From Macrostomum lignano (taxonomy: Eukaryota), in assembly GCA_002269645.1 (NCBI GenBank), contig NIVC01000978.1:330026-394025 (forward strand): 64,000 bases of DNA. Reading direction: 5' to 3'. The first letter of the stretch is position 1. Each line of letters begins with the position of its first letter. Under the pieces are notes generated by a model, which was not told the origin of the DNA, made no database searches, and saw only the letters and a list, made by a program, of their open reading frames with translations. Of this stretch, positions 1-11,300 are shown piece by piece. A program made the translations under genes and the position numbers.

Positions 1-210
1 CAACCCAGAATGACCCCAAGCTGCAATCTCTCAACCCAGAGTGACCCCAAGCTACAATCTCTCAACCCAGAATGACCCCAAGCTACAATCTCCCAACCCA
101 GAGTGACCCCAAGCCACAATCTCCCAACCCAGAGTGACCCCAAGCCACAATCTCCCAACCCAGAATGACCCCAAGCCACAATCTCCCAAACCAGAATGAC
201 GCCAGGCCGC
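1..210. repeat. 31-bp minisatellite (CAACCCAGAATGACCCCAAGCTACAATCTCT), about 7 copies, in the DHDDS intron
   Basis: Units start at 1, 32, 63, 94, 125, 156 and 187. The last degenerate copy abuts the splice donor at 214. The array runs off the window edge. Confidence 0.9.
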
Positions 211-214
211 AGAC

Positions 215-738
215 CTGGTGGCCTGCATGACCCTGGCTGCAGCGGCCCTCAGATCGGCAGGCAGCAGTTGCAGATTGCCCAGCACCCGGACGCAGACCCC
301 GTAGGCCCGGAGCCGGTCTAACTCCTGCAATAGTCGGTCGAATTTCTGCCTGGCCAGCTGCAAGAGGCCGGCCACCTCCTCGGCGCTCCTGTTGAAATTC
401 TCGATGCTAAAAGCGTAGACGGTCACTTCGTTAATGCCCAGGTCGCGGCACCATTCCAGCACTTCGCCAACTTTTTGAAAGCCGCGCAGATGGCCCTGCG
501 ATTTCTGCAGGCCGTGACATCTGGCGAATCGCCTATTGCCGTCCATGATAATGGCCAGGTGGTTCGGCAGGGGTCCCTGACCCAGCATGGTCATGGACAG
601 GCGCTGCATAGCTGTGTACTGCGCCCCAGTGCGAATCCATTCGTCCTCAGGGATGGCTGCGGAGTCTTGGCTGGTGTCCTTGGGCGGCTCCGCTGGCACA
701 GGAGAGGGGCCGGCAGTGGGCAATGGTTGGGATTGCAT
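215..738 (-). CDS. DHDDS: Dehydrodolichyl diphosphate synthase (cis-prenyltransferase), first coding exon; the remaining exons lie outside the window
   Basis: Motifs PNHLAIIMDGNRRFA, GHLRG and VTVYAFSIENFNRS are typical of cis-prenyltransferases. Similarity ends at VMQATR, exactly where the donor AG|GT (215/214) falls. The ORF beyond this point is repeat read-through. Confidence 0.9.
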
Positions 739-820
739 GAAGTTAAACAGATACAGATAGATAGCTTAGTTAATGGCATTTTTGTAGGCAAAAACTGAGA
801 TGGCTATGCCTATGTAAAGT

Positions 821-1025
821 GGGAGCAGTAGCCCAGTGTTCCAGGGTGGCGCTCTGCTGTGCCAGCAGCCCAGGCTCGATTCCAAGTGCAGTCACATTAA
901 ATTTGGGGCTGAATTAGAATCTTGGCTTGGCTCTGCTCGTGCAATTAACACCCAGCTTGAGGGCCAACCAGCCAACCCCCAAGGCACAGTGAAGTGTACA
1001 TGCCTAACAATTAATAAAGTGCCTT
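821..1025 (+). mobile_element. tRNA-headed SINE, type A (CpG-eroded copy)
   Basis: B-box-like GGCTCGATTCC and the body AAGTGCAGTCACATTAAATTTGGGGCTGAATT...GTGAAGTGTACATGCCTAAC align to the minus-strand copies at 14555-14768 and 18950-19190. Confidence 0.8.
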
Positions 1026-3465
1026 AATAAAGTAAAAAGGGCTTGTGCTTGCTCAGGGAGTTGGTAGAATATGCAATAATGCCTATTGCCAGTTGTGACA
1101 ATATTGCTTGTTAAAGTGCGCCAGGGTACACACAGCCCCTGTCTCTAATGACTTTATAAATTTAGTAGTTTAAATAAAGCATTTCTTGCAATTTTCCATA
1201 GGTCATCATTTTCAAATTATAATAATCTTAAAGTTTAATACAAAAATAAATACTCAAACCAGTAGTATAGATTGATGATTGATAGATTGAAGCTAAAAAT
1301 AATGCAGTAAAAAAAACTTCTCTAAATGCTATGAGTGCAGAAATATGGCAATTTAAAAAATTGCCTAAAGCACTAGAACTAGAAACAGTCAATATAGTAA
1401 GTGCAGAAAATTCAATCCTATATACTAAAAATTCAATTCTAAAAATGAAACCCATTTAGAGATCATGCTAAATATACTCAGATAAAAAGTAATTAGTCAT
1501 AATTTTATGCTAACTAATGCCAAGTTTTTATTACAATTATTTTAAACATTATGTGAATACAAAGTTCATGTTAACTATATATAACTTTATTGTTATTAGT
1601 TCAAATTTTCTAGCATATAAGTATCTTCTATGATCTTTATGGGAAAAGGTGCCAGGTGGATTATCCTAATTTGCAATAATTCTACATGGCTATTATCTAT
1701 CCTTTGATAATGATCATGGCCCTCTCAAGTCATGGATATTTTGCTAGGCATTGTTATTTCTAGGCAAAATCTATATTAAAGTAAGATATACCTATCCTGC
1801 CTTTTTAGTGTTAAGAATATAAAGCTTTTTATTTATGAATGCTTAGGCTATGAATGCTTAGGCTTAAGCAACTTTTACTTATTTAGGCCCTATATATTAT
1901 TAATAGAAGGCATAGCGCCATAAGCATTGCAATTAGGCTGCCTTTATATAGGACAGGCTTATTTTCCTTAGCCCAAATTTAGACCTTTCTAAAAATTTTA
2001 GGCTTGAGAATCTCTGCCAGCTTATCTATTAATATTGGATGCTTAATATCTATATATATATATATTAGTATATAGTACATGAATCAATCTGGCCCCTATG
2101 ATAGCAGAACAAAATGCTAACAAAGGTTTCAATGGTATCTTAAGTCTATTAGTTGTATAACTATCCAATTACTAGCCCTAAACTTTTATTTAGTAAATTT
2201 TTATTATTAGGCTATTAATTAGATATTCATATATTATTATTAACATAGTTTTAAATCAAAGATAAAGCCTAGGTACTTTATAAAAGATAAAATATCTTAA
2301 TAAATTAAAAAATATAGGCCATTAAAAGTCTAAGGGCTAATTCAATCCTATACTATGGGTCTATCCAATTTAACCTTTTGTAAAAACCATTTAATCTATT
2401 AGGCCTAGGCCTAATATTGAAACCTTTAATATTAGGGCCTACATTAGGCCTAATTATGCAATTTAGTTTTGATCAAAAATATGACCTAGGCCTAGTCTTA
2501 AGACAAATGTTTGTCTTATCTATCAATAGAAACTTAAATATTAGGCCCTAGCCATTGAAATTGTTGGACTGATAGGGCCTATATAATATTTAATATTGAA
2601 CAAAATTTTGATTGTATTGCATCATATATCACCATGGCATTATTTATTACTCTTATAATTATATAGCTACAAAATTAGACCTAGCATTAAAAATAAAATA
2701 ATATAACTATATGTATAAGTATGCCTAGGCTTATAGGCCTACTTTTTTTACTAAATTTCAGAATCTTACACAGGATAGGACATGGTCCTTAGCTATATAG
2801 GCCATATTCCTAAGCGTAGGGCCTAAGCCTACTGCCTACCAAAAATACTTATTTGGTTTGGTGTTCATTGTTTAATAGGATAGGCCTAGGAGCCATGGCT
2901 AAGCTTTATGCCCTTAGGCCTTAAGGCCTAGCCAAAAAAGCAGTCAGTAGGCCAATATCTAGGTAAGCTAATGTGGTTATTTCAGCCATTGGAGTCCGCA
3001 GACCGCAGGTGGAGAAGAGGAGCTTGCAAGCTTGTTGCTTGAATCTCCATCGTTAATTTGCATTATTGCCACGTGTCTCAAAGGTAATCACACTAACTTT
3101 ATGTGCAGAAATTATAAACCAAAATATGTCAATACTTTCTTCCTTTCTATTTAACTAAAAACATTTCGTGTTATAGCATTTCGCATTATATCGCAAATCA
3201 TTTTCGTGTTTTTGTTAGTTTAGCTAGTGTACATTATCTCATTTTAACTTGTTTTTTTATTTGTATTTGTATTTGTATTTAGTCAATTCAAAACGAACCG
3301 GGAAATTCCGGCCCGCGGGCCACATTGATATGTGCGCTTAGCTCACACAGAAAGCTCACTCAGCCCTCAAATTTCCCGCCGGGCGGCCAGCCAGCGAAGC
3401 CTCTTTATCCGGCCCTCGCATGTCCTTTTAAACTTCACAACAGCAATCCGACCCGCTCAAGCTCT

Positions 3466-4110
3466 CCTCTCTCCTCTCTCCCCTCCTCTCTCCCCTCCTC
3501 TCTTTTCTCTTCTCTCCTCTCTCCCCTCCTCTCTTTTCTCTTCTCTCCTCTCTCCCCTCCTCTCTTTTCTCTTCTCTCCTCTCTCCCCTCCTCTCTTTTC
3601 TCTTCTCTCTTCTCTTCTCTCCTCTCTCCCCTCCTCTCTTTTCTCTTCTCTCCTCTCTCCCTCCTCTCTTCTCTTCTCTCCTCTCTCCCCTACTCTCTTT
3701 TCTCTTCTCTCCTCTCTCCCCTCCTCTCTTTTCTCTTCTCTCCTCTCTCCCCTACTCTCTTTTCTCTTCTCTCCTCTCTCCCCTCCTCTCTTTTCTCTTC
3801 TCTCTTCTCTTCTCTCCTCTCTCCCCTCCTCTCTTTTCTCTTCTCTCTTCTCTTCTCTCCTCTCTCCCCTCCTCTCTTTTCTCTTCTCTCCTCTCTCCCT
3901 CCTCTCTTCTCTTCTCTCCTCTCTCCCCTCCTCTCTTTTCTCTTCTCTCCTCTCTCCCCTACTCTCTTTTCTCTTCTCTCCTCTCTCCCCTCCTCTCTTC
4001 TCTTCTCTCCACTACACTCTCCTCTTTTTTCTCTTCTCTCCTCTCTCCCCTCCTCTCTTCTCTTCTCTCTTCTCTTCCCTCCTCTCTTTTCTCTTCTCTC
4101 CTCTCAGCTC
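3466..4110. repeat. Homopyrimidine (CT-rich) low-complexity tandem array
   Basis: Almost exclusively C/T, built from CTCTC/CTTTT/CCCCT blocks. It generates the spurious L/S/P/F ORFs. Confidence 0.95.
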
Positions 4111-4191
4111 GACCCCTCATCATATTCTTGAATTTGTAAATCGTAAATATTCAGTAGCGCAACCAAAAATTTGTTGCAGCTGAGGGGGCGC

Positions 4192-4430
4192 GGATTCTAG
4201 AGGGTAAAGATCCAAGGGGCGGATTCTAGAGGGTAAAGATCCAAGGGGCGAATTCTAGAGGGTAAAGATCCAAGGGGCGGATTCTAGAGGGTAAAGATCC
4301 AAGGGGCGAATTCTAGAGGGTAAAGATCCAAGGGGGCGGATTCTAGAGGGTAAAGATCTAAGGGGGCGTATTCTGGAGGGAAAGATCCAAGGGGGCGGAT
4401 TCTGGAGGGTAGAGATCCAAGGGGGGCGGA
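4192..4430. repeat. 29-30-bp minisatellite (GGATTCTAGAGGGTAAAGATCCAAGGGGC), about 8 copies
   Basis: Units at 4192, 4221 and onward, degenerating toward 4430. Confidence 0.9.
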
Positions 4431-5352
4431 GGGGGTGGCTCTGGCTGTTAAAGCGGTAACTATTGTACTTTCAGTTATTGTTTGTGGCCCCAATCTGCAG
4501 GGGGTACATGTAACTAAGGACTCAAGGAGTAAACTATAGCCGTAGGCCATACTTCTACGATCATATCCCTTGGCAAACGCTTGCATATGTACGCGCGGTG
4601 CCCCAGCTTACAGTGTCGTGCAATAAGTGTCCATATTGGACTGTATTGTCTTAAAGTTTATCTTATAGCCTAATCAATATAATTATACTGTTGGATAGTA
4701 CCAAAATTCAAATTTATAAACTATATTTACCTGTATGTACAATGCATAGATAAGACTTAGCACGGCTGTAGCTACTAACTGACTTCTACATTGGACATTA
4801 AATTTACAGTAATTTCATCCGAGATATGCCCCGCAGTTAATATCTATATCTGCGCGTAGTCACATATATTTATCTCCTATACCTATATATACAGGCCCAG
4901 GGTACGAATGTGTTTTACATGTAGTTGCTAGAACTGTACATTCTCGATGTCTTTCGGTGACTTGTACATCTGTGAGTGTTCCTATTCCTACCCCCCCCCC
5001 CGGTGCCTCTCAGTGCTGCGTGTGGCTCTCTACGAAAAGCTGCTTCTAGCTCGGGGCGCAACCCAAGTAAGTGTGCAACCAACCCCCCCCCCCTCCCTCC
5101 GACAAATGCTGAATGCACAGACCGCAGGCGGGGCAGAGACGCACAGTAAGAAGACAGACACAGTAAGAGCAAGTGACACCAGCCACTACCCCCCCCCCCC
5201 GGTCTAAACACGATCTGCAAATTCAACCTAAGCTTGGAAGCTATATCGCTCTGCATATAAATATTATTTTCCAAATTATTTTTGACTGACCTTTTAGCCG
5301 CTCAATTTTGAATGACTCTACAAGTATTTACCGGGATTCTGATTGCCCAATA

Positions 5353-8300
5353 ATGAATCTAAGCAAGCAGACTGGATTTGTTACAATCGGACCGGATGAT
5401 CACGACGAAAATGGTGAGTAATCTAACCTGATTGCCCAACCAATGCAATATTGTTAGATAGTAAACTGGAGCACGAAAGAGATGATAGACAAGAGATCTG
5501 AACTAAGAGGCAGATTGGTCTAAGGAACTGAATCGCATAAAAAGAGAAGGGGAGTGAGAGAAAGGGAGTGAGATGGAGAGACCGGGAGTGAGATGGAGAG
5601 ACCGGGAGTGAGATGGAGAGACCGGGAATGAGATGGAGAGACCGGGAGTGAGATGGAGAGAATGGAGTGAGATAAAGAGAAAGGGGTGAGATGAAGAGAA
5701 AAGGAGGGAGATGAGAGAGACAGGGGTGAGATTAGATAAAAAATACAGGGGGTGAGATTAGATGAAAAGACAGGGGTGAGATGGTGAGAAAGACAGTGAG
5801 ATGGAGAGAAGGGGAGAGAGAAGGAGAGAGAGGGAGAGAAGGGGGAGAGAGAAGGGGAGAGAGGAAGAGAAGGGGAGAGAGAAGGGGAGAGAGAAGGAAG
5901 AGAGAAGGGGAGAGAGAAGGGGAGAGAGAAGGGGAGAGAGAAGGGGAGAGAGAAGGGGGGAGAGAAGGGGAGAGAGGAAGAGAAGGGGAGAGAGAAGGGG
6001 GAGAGAGAAGGGGAGAGAGGAAGAGAAGGGGAGAGAGAAGGGGAGAGAGAAGGGGAGAGAGAAGGGGAGAGAGAAGGGGAGAGAGAAGGGGAGAGAGAAG
6101 GGGAGAGAGAAGGGGAGAGAGAAGGGGAGAGAGAAGGGGAGAGAGAAGGGGAGAGAGAAGGGGAGAGAGAAGGGGAGAGAGAAGGGGAGAGAAAAGGGGA
6201 GAGAGAAGGGGAGAGAGAAGGGGAGAGAGAAGGGGAGAGAGAAGGGGAGAGAGAAGGGGAGAGAGAAGGGGAGAGAGAAGGGGAGAGAAGGGGAGAGAGA
6301 AGGGGAGAGAGAAGGGGAGAGAGAAGGGGAGAGAAAAGGGGAGAGAGAAGGGGAGAGAGAAGGGGAGAGAGAAGGGGAGAGAGAAGGGGAGAGAGAAGGG
6401 GAGAGAGAAGGGGAGAGAGAAGGGGAGAGAGAAGGGGAGAGAGAAGGGGAGAGAGAAGGGGAGAGAGAAGGGGAGAGAAAAGGGGAGAGAGAAGGGGAGA
6501 GAGAAGGGGAGAGAGAAGGGGAGAGAGAAGGGGAGAGAGAAGGGGAGAGAGAAGGGGAGAGAAAAGGGGAGAGAGAAGGGGAGAGAGAAGGGGAGAGAGA
6601 AGGGGAGAGAGAAGGGGAGAGAGAAGGGGAGAGAGAAGGGGAGAGAGAAGGGGAGAGAAAAGGGGAGAGAAAGGGGAGAGAGAAGGGGAGAGAGAAGGGA
6701 GAGAGAAGGGGAGAGAGAAGGGGAGAGAGAAGGGGAGAGAGAAGGGGAGAGAGAAGGGGAGAGAGAAGGGGAGAGAGAAGGGGAGAGAAAAGGGGAGAGA
6801 GAAGGGGAGAGAGAAGGGGAGAGAGAAGGGGAGAGAGAAGGGAGAGAGAAGGGGAGAGAGAAGGGGAGAGAGAAGGGGAGAGAGAAGGGGAGAGAGAAGG
6901 GGAGAGAGAAGGGGAGAGAGAAGGGGAGAGAAAAGGGGAGAGAGAAGGGGAGAGAGAAGGGGAGAGAGGGAGAGCAGCTAGATGAGTAAGGATACAAAAG
7001 GAAAGAAAAAAGGATTGAGAGATATATGAAAATGATAGTAAAACTGAACTATCTGTAGTTGGGCGTGCCAGAAGATCAAGAAACTTAGCTAACACTGAAA
7101 TTGCACTAATTAGTATGTTTATGGTTGCCTTTCACCGAATTTTAAGTACGTGTAACTGAGGAGGCGCCAACTCAAGCTACCGAAGCTAGCGATGAAGCTG
7201 CTCACGCTCCTGATGAAGGTGGAACCGACGGTCAGATTGCTGCAGAGCAGTCGAACACATCTAGAACTGCTGATGGTGCCATTTTGAGCTCGTCAACTAC
7301 TCTCAGTAGATCGGGTATGTTGAAGTTGAGCGCCTCAAAGTGCTAGCTAAAAGTACAAATTTTTATAACTTATTCATGGCAACTAGCTTCTAACATTGCC
7401 AGCAGGCAGCATTGACGGAGACCTCTCCGAAGGTGAAGCCTTCGTACCCGAGATGACCGAGATGGAGCAGTCCAGCGCATGGGCGCCCCACAGCAACGAG
7501 AAATCTATCAACGAATTGCACGATTATTTCAAAAATTTCTATAGCACAAGACGCATTGTTAAGCAAACTTATCACGAGCTCAAGCGGGCTTGTCAGGGCA
7601 TCCAGGAGCTTCTGATTGGCAGCAGCAGCAACAGCGCTTCGGGACTCTTCGAACTGTCCGCCACGGACCGCGGCACAGAGGCTTGGCTGTCGCACAGCGA
7701 AGAGCAAACCATCATGAGCGTCCTGCGCACCGACCCAATACTGCTGGTGCTGGGCGGCAAAGGCAGCGGTAAATCGTCCGTCATCAATGGGATCCTGGGC
7801 GCAGATATTTTGCCTAGCAGCGCCGCGATGCTGAAGCATCCGTGCAACGGAATCGTGCATTTGAAATACGATGAATCCGGCTACGTTAAAATTGCTAAAA
7901 GCACCACCGAGAGGCCTTTGGAGCTGGAACAGATCAAGGGCGACCTGCAACAGCCGGCTCAAATGCTGGTGAGTTTTCGACTGTGGCTTTTGTGTTAGTG
8001 TCTATGGCTTTTGTGGCTGTGTCTATGGCTTTTGTGGCTTTGTCTATGGCTTTTGTGGCTGTGTCTATGGCTTTTGTGGCTTTTTCTATGGCTTTTGTGG
8101 CTGTGTCTATGGCTTTTGTGGCTTTTTCTATGGCTTTTGTGACTGTTTCTATGGCTTTTGTGGCTTTGTCTATGGCTTTTGTGGCTTTGTCTATGGCTTT
8201 GTGGCTGTTTCTATGGCTTTTGTGGCTGTGTCTATGGCTTTTGTGGCTTTGTCTATGGCTTTGTGGCTGTTTCTATGGCTTTTGTGGCTGTGTCTATGGC

Positions 8301-11300
8301 TTTTGTGGCTGTGTCTATGGCTTTTGTGGCTTTGTCTATGGTTTTTGTGGCTGTGTCTATAGCTTTTGTGGCTGTGTCTATGGCTTTTGTGGCTTTGTCT
8401 ATGGCTTTTGATGGCTTTCGTGGCTGCATGTGTCTCTTCTCAAATCTGATATGTTACTTCGAACTAACAATTATTTAATACTTGCTATCTAAACATTATT
8501 ACATCTATTTTATCATTTGGACTGTAGCGTCACCGCACATCGAATCAGGTGCGCGAGTTTATTGAGGAAGTGATGAGCGACGAAGAGCGTGCAGCCTGGG
8601 GCAGCCTTGACAACTGTGTGCTGGAGATTGGAGTCAAGAATCCCATATTGAGAACCCGGGTGCAGTTCCTGGAGATACCGGGCGACTGTTTTGATCCTAA
8701 GCTGCGGGAACGGCTGCTGAGACAGCTGTTCGGATTTAACCACCAGACTGTGGTGTACATCATCGACGGCAATAAGGGCTTGGGGAACTCGGTGAGTCCG
8801 TTTTTTAATGTATTTTCAATTTTTTTAAAGTTCGCAAGAGGGTTGTGGTCACCCTGGCGCAGCCCCTTTTGGCCACATCACCGCACAACCGGCGGCTCAT
8901 TTAAACTGTACAACAGCCCTGACTTTCTCATCGTTAGTCGTGCACACTCTCTGGGCCTTGGAGTTGACTCTCGCGGTCGTGAGTCGTTTGACAAACGAAC
9001 CGAGTGACTTTGGTAGAGTCTGACGCATAATCGCTCACTTAATAGTCTTATTTTAACTGATCTGCATACACGAGCAACAAGTACATGCAAGTTGGTTAAT
9101 TGGGGTCTTAAGATTTACGTTTATGTTACAGATAAATAAATTAATTGATTGATGACACCTGTCTCAATGGGCTATTGCGCGGTGCATCTGAAGGCTGCGT
9201 ACGGCTGTTCAGTCCAAGTACGGGGGGGGGTCGCCACACACCCTGAATTTATTACCCCTGCTAAAGCTGATACCCATTTTTCAGCTGGGTGAACTGAAAC
9301 AATGCAGAGTTAAGTGTCTTGCTTAAGGACACAAATTGTTCCGAGTTGGGACGGGATTCGAACCCCCGACCTTTCAGTCGTGAGTCCGACGCTCTTACTG
9401 CAAGACTAAAGGCTACAATAGGTTGTTGCTGTTAGCAAAAAAAGCTATAGTTTGCTTCCCTCATTAACCACTGGTAATACAGACTGCTTTGACTTTCGCC
9501 TTCAGTACTCACTGTTGCCAGGGGCGTCTCCATTGGATTTTATGGTGGGGGGACAAAGCCAAGAATTCATGTACATGTACATGTACATGACAAAATTCCT
9601 ACATGTTTATTATTTTGAGAATCAGTGTTGTCAGCGCTCACTTTAGCGCCGCAAGCACTCATTTTGGCGCCGTAGGCATTCCTTTTGGCGCCGCAAGCAC
9701 TCATTTTGGCGCCGTAGGCATTCCTTCTAGCGCCACAGGCACTCATTTTGGCTCCGTAGGCATTCCTTCTAGCGCCACAGACACTCATTTTGGCGCCGCA
9801 GGCATTCCTTCTAGCGCCACAGGCACTCATTTTGGCGCCGCAGGCACTCATTTTGGCGCCGCAAGCACTCATTTTGGCGCCGCAAGCACTCATTTTGGCG
9901 CCGCAAGCACTCATTTTGGCGCCGTAGGCATTCCTTCTAGCGCCACAGGCACTCATTTTGGCGCCGTAGGCATTCCTTCTAGCGCCACAGGCACTCATTT
10001 TGGCGCCGTAGGCATTCCTTCTAGCGCCACAGGCACTCATTTTGGCGCCGCAGGCACTCATTTTGGCGCCGCAAGCACTCATTTTGGCGCCGCAAGCACT
10101 CATTTTGGCGCCGCAAGCACTCATTTTGGCGCCGTAGGCATTCCTTCTAGCGCCACAGGCACTCATTTTGGCGCCGCAAGCACTCATTTTGGCGCCGCAA
10201 GCACTCATTTTGGCGCCGTAGGCATTCCTTCTAGCGCCACAGGCACTCATTTTGGCTCCGTAGGCATTCCTTTTAGCGCCACAGGCACTCATTTTGGCGC
10301 CGCAGGCACTCATTTTGGCGCCGCAAGCACTCATTTTGGCGCCGCAAGCACTCATTTTGGCGCCGTAGGCATTCCTTTTAGCGCCACAGACACTCATTTT
10401 GGCGCCGTAGGCATTCCTTTTAGCGCCACAGACACTCATTTTGGCGCCGTAGGCATTCCTTTTGGCGCCACAGGCACTCATTTTGGCGCCGCAGGCACTC
10501 ATTTTAGCGCCACAGACACTCATTTTGGCGCCGCAGGCACTTATTTTGGCGCCGCAAGCACTCATTTTGGCGCCGCAGGCACTCATTTTGGCGCCGCAAG
10601 CACTCATTTTGGCGCCGTAGGCATTCCTTTTAGCGCCACAGGCACTCATTTTGGCGCCGTAGGCATTCCTTTTAGCGCCACAGGCACTCATTTTGGCGCC
10701 GCAGGCACTCATTTTGGCGCCGCAGGCGCTATATTTTGCGCCCTGAAGAAAAAATTATTGATTTCCAAATATTTTTTCGGCTCGCATGACTTTCAGAATT
10801 AGGAAATTTAATTCGCTACCTTGCCAGCCGGGGCTGCTAATCCGGTCTGAATTGTATTGTTCTTGTAGAGTAAAACAATTTTATCGGATGGAATATCTAT
10901 GGAAATTCGCTTCGGTTTAAATCTGCAAGAGGGTCTGACTCTTTGGAAGGTAAACAATATCAGGCTACAACCCAATATTGCCTTGAAGAGTATTTATCTA
11001 ATGACCCCCCGTATTTGATTATTCATAAATCTAACCGTCCGTAATTTTTGAGCATTAAAATCTCCAGAATCTCGAGAGACATTTTTGTACATTTAAGCTG
11101 CTTAGGCAGCGATTAGATTTTTTCGTAGATTTCCAACGTAAGCATTCACTGGTGGCAAATCCATAAATGTGTATGTCTGGCACCCTCCGCCCACGCAGGA
11201 TCGCGAGTTTCTCTTCTTTCTCAAAGCCAGTATTCCGGATATTCGCATATTCTTCGTCATCAACAAAGTTGACTACGATCCCGAGGCCGAGGAGATGGAC

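Noticed and set aside
475-798. Antisense or alternate-frame ORFs over real genes (e.g. 475-798, 7390-7962, 11519-12576, 15920-16804, 24111-25999, 50919-52261, 58152-58544)
   Set aside because: They are shadows of GC-rich coding sequence. The overlapping frame carries the recognisable domains.
4915-5274. 119-aa minus-strand ORF and 86-aa plus-strand ORF in the divergent intergenic region
   Set aside because: Driven by poly-C/G runs, with no domain similarity or splice support.
9392-9407. CTCTTACTGCAAGACT resembles my recollection of the Macrostomum spliced-leader sequence
   Set aside because: The match is 16 nt with a gap, comes from memory, and sits inside a SINE head. There is no full leader, donor or Sm site. 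A BLAST against the published SL RNA would be needed.
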